From positions 1 to 31,086 of IMG/VR virus record IMGVR_UViG_3300017951_000068: a stretch of 31,086 nucleotides of DNA. One strand, 5' to 3'. The stretch comes from a virus (Duplodnaviria; Caudoviricetes). Numbering within the stretch: the first letter of the stretch is position 1; every line of letters starts with the position of its first letter. Of this stretch, positions 17,785 to 26,236 are shown piece by piece. Made by a program: the position numbers and the translations under genes. The notes under the pieces were generated by a model that was given only the letters and a program-made list of their open reading frames with translations, had not been told where the DNA came from and did no database searches.

Positions 17785-20700
17785 TGCACAATAACTTTTT
17801 GGACAAGAGGCGTAGACACTTACGCCTGCAACCGGATCAGGTAGATCTCATTCTACCTGAACACTTTGCTGCGTCTTATCCAAAATTTATCAATCTACTT
17901 ACGTTTTACTACGAATTTCAAGAGGATGAGAAGGCGACAGAACTTCTACATCACCTCTTTGCATCACGTGACATATCAGAAACAGATATCACGTTACTAT
18001 CATACATCGAGGATGAGTTACTTCTAGGTGACGCATACTTCGAAAGTTTTGCAACTGGCGAGGCACAAAAACGTGCCGCTGCAAACTTCTCAAACGTCTT
18101 GTTTAGATCTAAGGGTACAAAGTTTGCGATACAGTGGTTCTTCCGTTCGTTCTTTGGCATCGACGCAGAAGTTGTTGAGACTCGTGATCAGGTATTCAAA
18201 TTAGGCAACCCCGCATCGACTATCGGTACGGAAAGTCTACATTTTTTGACCGACGACAAATTGTATCAAACGTTTGCATATCTTGTGCGTTCGTCAGTTC
18301 CCATATCTACGTGGAGAGATCTTTTCAAATTGTTTGTGCATCCAGCGGGGATGTACTTAGGTGGCGAACTGTTAGTTACCGATACTGTTCTTGCGAGTCT
18401 ATTAACTTCAGATTCGGATGGTGTTGTAACACAAAGAAACACCCCAACGTTTGCTATAACCGTTGACCCCAGCACAGTAGAGTCAGAAGGAACTGTTTTT
18501 GAGGTTCACCTTCAGGGGTCGGATGTTTTAAATAGTCAGGGCGAGTATCGTTACTACCTTGGCCACGGTACAACCGACAGTAACGATTTTAATTTTTCTG
18601 CTGACAGTGTTTTTCCAGACATCAACAACAAACGAACGTTTAACCTTATCAATGATTCTGCGACAATATCTGTTCCTACTTTTCACGACTCAGATGAAAG
18701 TGAAGCGGATTCAGAACAGTTCACAATATTCTTCGAGGATTTGGACGGTCGAGGGATCGCGCAACAACAGATCAGTATCGCGGATGTTGTGGGAGCGTAC
18801 ACAATCACTACAGACACAACCACTATCGATGAAGGGGACACCCTCGCGTTTTCTGTTCAGGGTACTTCAGTACCAAATAGTGGTAACACAACTTTATTCT
18901 ATCAGGTGTTCCCCGGCACTTCAGACAGCGACGATTTTGCATCGAATTCTTTCCCTTCTGTTGGATCGCGCACACCGTTCGATATCAGAAATGACTCAGG
19001 ATCTTTCAATGTCGAAACGTTAGTTGATGGAACGTCAGAGGGTGCTGAAAACTTTACTGTAAAAATCTACACTGGAAGTGGTATTGAAAAGGCGACATCG
19101 TCAACCATAACGATGAACAATGTTGCACCCACTTTCTCGCTCACACCGACACCTACGTTAAATATAACGGAAGACTCAGATATCGTTATCAATCTCACCG
19201 TCGATGCTTCATCTACAGGAAGACAAGTAGATTATACTATTGCAGGTACAGACACTCGAATCGTTACAACAAGTGGGTCGTTTACTATAACGGGAGAGAC
19301 TGGAGATTACACTCTGTCGACAACAGAAGGAACGGACACATACGAAACGTCAACAACTTCGTCCGTGACTTTGACAACTAACTCCAGTGGATTCTTCTCA
19401 CCAGAATTGACAGATGCGATTGTTGTTGACATTGCAAACAAAGAACCTACGTTCACGGCAACACCCGATGTGTTTGGTGCAAATGAGGGAGACACTGTCA
19501 CCTTTACCGTTAGCGGAACAAATATTGAAGACGGTAACAGTGCGAAATATTATCTCGATTTAGGCACTGCGGACAGTGCGGACTTTGTTGGTGCACAACC
19601 GACTACTGTTGCGGCAGCATCCAACATTTCTTTCACGTCTAACTCAGGGTCGGTTGCTCTGGAGTTCTCAGATAGTAATGAACTCTCTAATGACACTTTT
19701 GATTTTGTGGTGTTAGATCCCTCTGACTTTGAAGTTGATCGAGTTGGTTATACCATCCTTGGTGGTAACTCATATTCTATCACTACACCTTCTGGTGGCA
19801 CAGTGGACGAACCAGAGACGATCATCGCATATTTTAGTACAGATGACGTAGATGGAACGTACTACTATTACATAGCCGGAACTGGTATGAGTTCAGACGA
19901 TTTCACTGCGGGATGGAGTGATATTCTAGCCCGACAGTCTTTCGCGGTGGCCGGTGGTAACGGTCAGATCTCTTTAACTATAAAAGCGGATAAACGAAGA
20001 GAAGGTTCTGAGACATTCCGTATTTACGTGTCAACCGCTCCTTCTGGCGCAGTAGTTGCATCTACTAATGATATAGTGATCAGTGATACGTCAGTACCAA
20101 CATACACATTATCATTACCCGACATCACAGAAGGGAACGATCTTGTTGCGACTGTAACACCAAATGCAAGTAATGCTGGTGCAGAAAATGTTTACGTAAC
20201 ATTCAAAACTGAAGGTGCTGGAGACTCGGCAGATATTACTACTATACAACCCGCCGCGCAGTCACTCACCACTTCGCCAGTAGACTTTACTTCTGCAACC
20301 GGTGTTCAAAATGCAATAAACGGTGGTCTTACAGTTAGTGCAACTGCTCGATTGGATAGTTACAACGGGTCACTTCTTGCATCTGACACTTGCACAGTAT
20401 CCGATGCTGCTGCGAGTTATACTTTGACAACAAACAAAACAAATGACTCTGCGGAAGAGGGAGACACGTTCCAGTTTACTTTCGGTGGGTCTAACGTACC
20501 AACTGCAACTTATTATTACAACGTTTCGGATGTAAAACCAAAAACGACTGATCAAACGGTTGGTGCGGGATCGACAACTGTCTATCTGTCTGACACTACT
20601 AATCTCACAGTCGGTATGGAAGAAAGAGGTATCGCTTTCCCAACAGGTGCAACAATCGCTTCTATCAGTGCGGGTAACTACGTAACAATGTCTATTGGAA

Positions 20701-21446
20701 ACAATGAACTTAGTGATGTGGCTGCTGGTACGACTGTTCATTTTGCAGAACCTGAAGTCTTTGCAGATTTTGTCGAGAGTGGTCAAAACAATGATGCGTT
20801 TGGAACAATCTCACATACGACTAACACTTCAACAAACTTTGATGTAGAAACCGCAGACACGTCAGATGTGCCTGCATCTGGACGAACAACTCAGTACACT
20901 ATGAATATTGCTGCAACACACGCCGGTAGTGCGCTTCAAACTAGAACATTTACTATTGGCGACGATGACACCGCGCCTGCGCCAAATGTTCAAAGAGGGA
21001 CGTTGACTGATCCAGATAACTTCGGCGCTACCGGACAGGATATTTCACTTCCCCCAACATGTACGTTTAAACTTTTAAACACTGGTTTGATACAAGTGGC
21101 TTTCGAAAACACTGCGGGTGTGGGTGATTATGAACTTGATTTCGGAAATTGGGTAGATGATACTGGTGTTATATTTGACGCAAATGATTTCGAGTGCATT
21201 GCAACCTTTGTCTCTTCTATTGGAACAAACAACTCCAGCGTTCCGGGCGACTTTGGAACCACTCTAAATTTAGGTACTTCTCGTGCATGGCAAGTAGAAC
21301 CAACAACTCCCCCGCCTGGCGGAATTGTTGCATCAACGGTTACGTTTGATATACTTGTACGAGAGGTGGCGAACACATCAAATGCAATCACAACTCGAAT
21401 TTCTATTACAGCAACCTTGACAGACTTCGAGGAAGGATTTGAATAA
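17784..21446 (+). CDS. Baseplate wedge gp7-like N-terminal domain fused to about seven Calx-beta/Ig-like repeats
   Basis: LPEHF...YPKF..LL..YYEF, FRSKGT..AI..FFR.FFG, YQTFAYLVRS, VHPAGMYLGGE (gp7-like), then repeated EG(D/T)..F.V.G...D..DF...EG.E.F units. Confidence 0.65.
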   Translation: MHNNFLDKRRRHLRLQPDQVDLILPEHFAASYPKFINLLTFYYEFQEDEKATELLHHLFASRDISETDITLLSYIEDELLLGDAYFESFATGEAQKRAAANFSNVLFRSKGTKFAIQWFFRSFFGIDAEVVETRDQVFKLGNPASTIGTESLHFLTDDKLYQTFAYLVRSSVPISTWRDLFKLFVHPAGMYLGGELLVTDTVLASLLTSDSDGVVTQRNTPTFAITVDPSTVESEGTVFEVHLQGSDVLNSQGEYRYYLGHGTTDSNDFNFSADSVFPDINNKRTFNLINDSATISVPTFHDSDESEADSEQFTIFFEDLDGRGIAQQQISIADVVGAYTITTDTTTIDEGDTLAFSVQGTSVPNSGNTTLFYQVFPGTSDSDDFASNSFPSVGSRTPFDIRNDSGSFNVETLVDGTSEGAENFTVKIYTGSGIEKATSSTITMNNVAPTFSLTPTPTLNITEDSDIVINLTVDASSTGRQVDYTIAGTDTRIVTTSGSFTITGETGDYTLSTTEGTDTYETSTTSSVTLTTNSSGFFSPELTDAIVVDIANKEPTFTATPDVFGANEGDTVTFTVSGTNIEDGNSAKYYLDLGTADSADFVGAQPTTVAAASNISFTSNSGSVALEFSDSNELSNDTFDFVVLDPSDFEVDRVGYTILGGNSYSITTPSGGTVDEPETIIAYFSTDDVDGTYYYYIAGTGMSSDDFTAGWSDILARQSFAVAGGNGQISLTIKADKRREGSETFRIYVSTAPSGAVVASTNDIVISDTSVPTYTLSLPDITEGNDLVATVTPNASNAGAENVYVTFKTEGAGDSADITTIQPAAQSLTTSPVDFTSATGVQNAINGGLTVSATARLDSYNGSLLASDTCTVSDAAASYTLTTNKTNDSAEEGDTFQFTFGGSNVPTATYYYNVSDVKPKTTDQTVGAGSTTVYLSDTTNLTVGMEERGIAFPTGATIASISAGNYVTMSIGNNELSDVAAGTTVHFAEPEVFADFVESGQNNDAFGTISHTTNTSTNFDVETADTSDVPASGRTTQYTMNIAATHAGSALQTRTFTIGDDDTAPAPNVQRGTLTDPDNFGATGQDISLPPTCTFKLLNTGLIQVAFENTAGVGDYELDFGNWVDDTGVIFDANDFECIATFVSSIGTNNSSVPGDFGTTLNLGTSRAWQVEPTTPPPGGIVASTVTFDILVREVANTSNAITTRISITATLTDFEEGFE

Positions 21447-21449
21447 ATA
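21442..21449 (+). promoter_or_regulatory. Late promoter variant AATAAATA
   Basis: One mismatch. Overlaps the stop, about 30 nt upstream of the cupin ATG and its RBS (AAGGA). Confidence 0.6.
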
Positions 21450-21478
21450 AGAACCCAACAACATTATAAGGATATATT

Positions 21479-21901
21479 ATGAAATCAGGAAAAGTATGGG
21501 GTAATACCCAATTGATCGAACACAACAGCACGTTCGAGTTTCATCGAATTGAGTTCAAGGCGAATCATTGTTGCAGTGAACACTACCACAAAACCAAGTG
21601 GAATGGGTTTTTCGTAGAGTCTGGCACGTTGATGGTCAAGACTTGGCAAGACGAACCATCGGAATCTCGACCCCATCTTTGCGACCAAACTATTCTACGA
21701 TCGGGTGATTACTACAAGGTAGAACCCGGCAAGTGGCACCAGTTTGTAGGTGTGGATGATGGAGTTGCATTCGAGTTGTATTGGTCAGAGTTTGATGCGG
21801 ACGATATTGTACGTAGGACAGTGGGTCATCGGTTAGATGCACCCGCAACAGAAAGGAATGTCGGGAATCCACTAACAGATCTCAACTATGATGGAAGATA
21901 A
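21479..21901 (+). CDS. Cupin (sugar isomerase/mannose-6-phosphate isomerase-like)
   Basis: KVWG...CSEHYH..K.N.F.V.SG.L.V and L..GD...V.PG.WHQF...AFE.Y, the two cupin metal-binding motifs. Confidence 0.75.
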   Translation: MKSGKVWGNTQLIEHNSTFEFHRIEFKANHCCSEHYHKTKWNGFFVESGTLMVKTWQDEPSESRPHLCDQTILRSGDYYKVEPGKWHQFVGVDDGVAFELYWSEFDADDIVRRTVGHRLDAPATERNVGNPLTDLNYDGR

Positions 21902-22235
21902 TCAAGACAAGAAAAATATCAAGGACGATTACGAGACCTCTCGTGACACCTATCTCGAATTGATCGAGAGTGGTAAACAGGGTCTCGACTTGATGATCGA
22001 AGTTGCACGGGAGTCTGAACACCCCCGTGCGTTCGAGGTTTTGTCTGGTATGATAAAGAACGTTGCGGATGTGACGGACAAGTTGATGGACCTTAACAAG
22101 AAACACAAGGACATCAAACAAGACCCCAAGACAGACAAAGAGGTAACTAACAATAATGTGTTCATCGGGAGCACTACAGACTTACAACGATTACTCCATC
22201 AACAACCAGAGAAAGATATAACGCCACATGAATGA
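21888..22235 (+). CDS. gp16: Terminase small subunit
   Basis: DYE.SR....LIE.G, A.ESEHPRAFEV, V.D.TDKLMDL, NNNVFIGST.DLQ; position before gp17. Confidence 0.9.
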   Translation: MMEDNQDKKNIKDDYETSRDTYLELIESGKQGLDLMIEVARESEHPRAFEVLSGMIKNVADVTDKLMDLNKKHKDIKQDPKTDKEVTNNNVFIGSTTDLQRLLHQQPEKDITPHE

Positions 22236-23829
22236 TCATTACATGGGTAATCCCAATGTAAAGGGCGACGGGATTCAACAGGCATGGACAGAACACGATG
22301 TTAAAGAGTATGCAAAATGTATGCAAGACCCTACATACTTTGCAAGAGAGTACGTCAAGATTATATCACTTGACAAAGGACTTGTCAACTTTAATTTGTA
22401 TCCGTATCAGGAACAGATGTTCTCTCATTTTAACGACAATCGTTTCTCGATCGTACTCGCCTGTCGACAGAGTGGTAAGAGTATTTCGTCCGTTGTTTAT
22501 CTTCTATGGTATGCTATATTTCATCCCGAAAAGACAATCGCGGTCTTGGCTAACAAAGGGGCTACGGCGCGTGAAATGCTCGCCAGAGTCACCTTGGCAC
22601 TTGAAAACTTACCTTTTTTTCTACAACCTGGCTGTCGTGCACTCAACAAGGGTTCTATTGAGTTTAGTAACAACAGTCGCATTATTGCTGCTGCCACCAG
22701 TGGTAGTTCTATACGGGGTATGTCTGTTAACTTGCTTTTTCTGGATGAGTTTGCGTTTGTTGAACGAGCATCTGAGTTCTATACTTCCACCTATCCTGTT
22801 ATCTCTTCGGGTAAGGATACAAAGGTCATTATCACATCTACTGCAAACGGGATCGGAAATACTTTCCACAAGATATGGGAAGGTGCAGTACAAAAGACCA
22901 ATGAGTATAAAGCGTTTACCGTCAACTGGTGGGACGTGCCAGGCAGAGATGAAAAATGGAAGAAACAGACTATTGCGAATACGTCGCAGATGCAGTTCGA
23001 TCAAGAATTCGGTAACACGTTCTTTGGAACGGGTGACACCCTTATTAACGCAGAGACTCTTCTAAACTTCCGTGCGTCTCCACCCAAGAAAATACTTGAA
23101 GGTGGTAGTTTAAAAATTTACGACGAAACGCAACCTAGTCACGACTATATCATGACGGTTGACGTGGCGAAGGGAAGAGGGTTGGATTATAGTACCTTTT
23201 CGGTGATCGATATATCCGCTCGTCCCTTTAAACAGGTGGCGGTGTATCGTAATAATCGTATCTCTCCAATACTCTTTCCCGACATTATTTATAAAATTGC
23301 GAAAGCCTACAACGATGCATATGTCATCGTAGAATCAAATGATGCTGGACAAGTTGTGTGCAATGGGTTATACCACGACTTGGAGTATGAAAACATACAC
23401 CTAGAGTCTGCGGTCAAAAAGAACGCAATCGGTATCGAGATGAACCGCAAGGTCAAACGTCTGGGGTGTTCGGGTATCAAAGACTTACTTGAGGAGAACA
23501 AACTCCTTGTGATAGACGAAGAAACCATCATGGAGATATCGACGTTTGTGTCTAAAGGTCAGTCATACGAAGCGAGTGATGGTAACCACGACGATCTCAT
23601 GATGAACTTGGTTATGTTCGGATTCTTTATCACGTCACAGTTGTTCTCTGACATGACGGATCTGAATATCAAACAGATGATGTTCGAACAACAGATGAAA
23701 GAAATTGAGGACGCGGTGGTACCATTTGGTTATATTGATAACGGAGACGACGCAATCAACCACCTAGAGATGCAAGAAGAGATGAAGGATAAGAACTGGC
23801 AGATCCCTTGGGAAGTTGAAACATATTAA
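22228..23829 (+). CDS. gp17: Terminase large subunit
   Basis: Y.GNPN.K, Walker A RQSGKS, Walker B LLFLDEFAF, TSTANG, F.QEF, nuclease DVAKGRGLDYS and HDDL.M. No intein. Confidence 0.98.
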   Translation: MNDHYMGNPNVKGDGIQQAWTEHDVKEYAKCMQDPTYFAREYVKIISLDKGLVNFNLYPYQEQMFSHFNDNRFSIVLACRQSGKSISSVVYLLWYAIFHPEKTIAVLANKGATAREMLARVTLALENLPFFLQPGCRALNKGSIEFSNNSRIIAAATSGSSIRGMSVNLLFLDEFAFVERASEFYTSTYPVISSGKDTKVIITSTANGIGNTFHKIWEGAVQKTNEYKAFTVNWWDVPGRDEKWKKQTIANTSQMQFDQEFGNTFFGTGDTLINAETLLNFRASPPKKILEGGSLKIYDETQPSHDYIMTVDVAKGRGLDYSTFSVIDISARPFKQVAVYRNNRISPILFPDIIYKIAKAYNDAYVIVESNDAGQVVCNGLYHDLEYENIHLESAVKKNAIGIEMNRKVKRLGCSGIKDLLEENKLLVIDEETIMEISTFVSKGQSYEASDGNHDDLMMNLVMFGFFITSQLFSDMTDLNIKQMMFEQQMKEIEDAVVPFGYIDNGDDAINHLEMQEEMKDKNWQIPWEVETY

Positions 23830-23831
23830 AT

Positions 23832-23839
23832 TATAAATA
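23832..23839 (+). promoter_or_regulatory. T4-type late promoter TATAAATA
   Basis: Exact consensus upstream of gp18. Confidence 0.88.
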
Positions 23840-23904
23840 ATGATATTGAATAAAACACCGTATTATGTTACTTATCATAACTCAACGAATAAAAGGATAC
23901 GATT

Positions 23905-25635
23905 ATGGCTCTTTTAAAGTCTGAATCCCCAAATGTTGCCATCAGAGAGGTGGATCTGTCAGGTATTGTGCCAGGCGTAACCACATCAACCGGCGCAATT
24001 GTGGGAGATTTTGCATGGGGTCCAGTAAATACACCAATTCTCGTCGGCACTGAAGGCGAGTTAATTGATAATTTTGGTGACCCAACATACTCTAACGACA
24101 GTTCAGCGATCGAGTTCCTTTCTGCAAATCAGTTCTTGAAGTATTCAAACAGTCTTTATGTGATTCGTGGTGCAACGTCTGCGGCTAAAAACGCAGTCGA
24201 CTCCGGATCAACAACCGATCTCATTGAGAATCGTGACGACTGGGATGCTACAAAATCTGGTGCTTCTGGTAACTTCATTGCGAAGTGGGCAGGAAGCGCA
24301 GGGAACTCACTCAAGATTTCAGTTTGTGGATCAAAAGATTCCGCGTTTGACAACTGGTCATATGCGTCAAGTTTCGACGCAAAACCAGGCACGTCTTCGT
24401 GGGTTTCTGCAAGATCCGCTGACTCCGCTCTCGCACTCGACGAAGTACACGTCGCAGTCGTAGATGAGGATGGAATCTTCTCAGGAACACCTAACACAGT
24501 TCTGGAAACGTTCGCAAACGTCTCACTTGCAACAGATGCTAAGTCAGACGACGGAACTAATAACTACCTTCTGGACGTTCTTTCAGATCGTTCTGAATAC
24601 GTTTGGGGTGCAAATCACCCAAGTGTATTTGGTAGTGCATCAACTGCTACGTCATTCACTAATACTGCGAATGGTGCAGACCAAACCAATGCAGCGAAGG
24701 AAAACTCTTTCGCGAACGGTGCGAACTCTGCCTCACTCACTACTACTGAATTCCTAGCAGGATTTGATGAAGTCGAAGATGAAAACACAATTCAGGTAGA
24801 TTTCTTAATCGCGCCTGGCGTAGCATCTGCCGCTGATCAACGAACAATCGTTAACGATCTGGTCGCAACAGCAACTGCACGTAAGGATTGTGTTGTTGTT
24901 ACTTCACCCAACCGTTCTGCGGTAGTGAATGTAAACAACCCTGCAACTGTTAACTCGAACATTACGACAACAGTTCAGAACTTCACATCTTCATCTTACT
25001 TGGTAGTTGATAACAACTATCTCAAGGTTTACGACAAGTACAATGACAAGTATGAATTCATTCCTGCTGCGTCATCTACTGCGGGTCTCATGGCGGCAAC
25101 AGACGATGTTGCGGCACCTTGGTTCTCACCTGCGGGAACACGTCGAGGTAACTACCTTGGTGTAACTTCTCTCGCATATAACACAACCAAGTCACAACGT
25201 GACACGCTGTATAAAGCGGGCGTAAACCCAATTGCGAACTTGCCGGGACAAGGTATTGTACTCTTCGGAGACAAGACATTCCTACGAAGACCATCTGCAT
25301 TCGACCGAATCAACGTTCGTCGTTTGTTCTTGGTTATCGAGAGGGCAATTAAAGGAGCTGCACAGAACGTTATGTTCGAATTCAACGATGAGTTTACTCG
25401 TGCGGAATTCGTAAATATCGTAGAACCTTTCCTTCGTGAAGTTCAAGGTCGTCGTGGTATTACTGACTTCAAGGTTATTTGTGACGAAACAAATAACACT
25501 GGTCAAATCATCGACACAAACTCATTCGTCGCGTCTATCTTCATTAAGCCTGCACGTTCAATCAACTACGTAACTCTTAACTTCGTAGCGGTTCGGACTG
25601 GTGTAGACTTTGAAGAAGTGACCGGCGCAGTATAA
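23905..25635 (+). CDS. gp18: Tail sheath protein
   Basis: SP.V..RE.DL, F.WGPV, WFSPAG..RG, GDKT...SAFDRINVRRLF, FEFND.FTR, IKPARSINY.TLNFVA. Confidence 0.98.
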   Translation: MALLKSESPNVAIREVDLSGIVPGVTTSTGAIVGDFAWGPVNTPILVGTEGELIDNFGDPTYSNDSSAIEFLSANQFLKYSNSLYVIRGATSAAKNAVDSGSTTDLIENRDDWDATKSGASGNFIAKWAGSAGNSLKISVCGSKDSAFDNWSYASSFDAKPGTSSWVSARSADSALALDEVHVAVVDEDGIFSGTPNTVLETFANVSLATDAKSDDGTNNYLLDVLSDRSEYVWGANHPSVFGSASTATSFTNTANGADQTNAAKENSFANGANSASLTTTEFLAGFDEVEDENTIQVDFLIAPGVASAADQRTIVNDLVATATARKDCVVVTSPNRSAVVNVNNPATVNSNITTTVQNFTSSSYLVVDNNYLKVYDKYNDKYEFIPAASSTAGLMAATDDVAAPWFSPAGTRRGNYLGVTSLAYNTTKSQRDTLYKAGVNPIANLPGQGIVLFGDKTFLRRPSAFDRINVRRLFLVIERAIKGAAQNVMFEFNDEFTRAEFVNIVEPFLREVQGRRGITDFKVICDETNNTGQIIDTNSFVASIFIKPARSINYVTLNFVAVRTGVDFEEVTGAV

Positions 25636-25646
25636 GGAGATAGAAG

Positions 25647-26174
25647 ATGGCAATTTTAGGCGTAGATGATTTCAAGTCTAAACTACGTGGTGGTGGCGCA
25701 AGAGCCAATCTGTTCCGTTGCACAATTAACTTCCCAGCATATGCGGGTGGTGATGCGGAACTGACATCTTTCCTCTGCAAGACTGCCCAGTTACCACAAT
25801 CACAGGTAGGAAACTTTGTAGTTAACTTCCGTGGTCGTGAACTCAAAATGGCTGGCGAAAGGGTATTTGAACCTTGGACAGTAACTATCCTGAACGACAC
25901 AGATTTTGCGATCCGTGACGCGATGGAGCGATGGTCAAATGGTATTAACGGACACTCAACAAACACTGGTTTGGTGAACCCCGTTGATTACCAGACGGAC
26001 CTCTTTGTAGAACAACTTGATCGAGATGAGTCTGTGATCAAGCGTGTTGACATTCGAGGTGCGTTCCCAGAGACAGTGGGACCAATTGCGTTGAGTTATG
26101 ACACTCGTGGTGAGATTGAGACGTTCGAAGTAACGTTTGCATACCAGTATTGGGAATCAAACACTACTACTTAA
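25647..26174 (+). CDS. gp19: Tail tube protein
   Basis: FKSKL.GGGARANLF, FRGRELK.AG.R.F.PWTVTI.ND.DF.IR..ME.W, F.VTF.YQYW. Confidence 0.97.
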   Translation: MAILGVDDFKSKLRGGGARANLFRCTINFPAYAGGDAELTSFLCKTAQLPQSQVGNFVVNFRGRELKMAGERVFEPWTVTILNDTDFAIRDAMERWSNGINGHSTNTGLVNPVDYQTDLFVEQLDRDESVIKRVDIRGAFPETVGPIALSYDTRGEIETFEVTFAYQYWESNTTT

Positions 26175-26179
26175 AAGTC

Positions 26180-26187
26180 TCTAAATA
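26180..26187 (+). promoter_or_regulatory. Probable late promoter variant TCTAAATA
   Basis: One mismatch, in the gp19-gp20 gap. Confidence 0.55.
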
Positions 26188-26188
26188 T

Positions 26189-26222
26189 AGGGGAGACTCC
26201 GGTCTCCCTTTTATTTTATTTT
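26189..26222 (+). terminator. Rho-independent terminator after gp19
   Basis: Stem GGGAGAC, loop TCCG, stem GTCTCCC, followed by TTTTATTTTATTTT. Confidence 0.85.
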
Positions 26223-26236
26223 AGGAACAGAGTCAT

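Noticed and set aside
22298-23065. 255-aa alternative-frame ORF inside gp17
   Set aside because: Fully overlaps the conserved terminase ATPase, has no recognisable motif or clear RBS, and has a Leu/Arg/Ser-rich shadow-frame composition.
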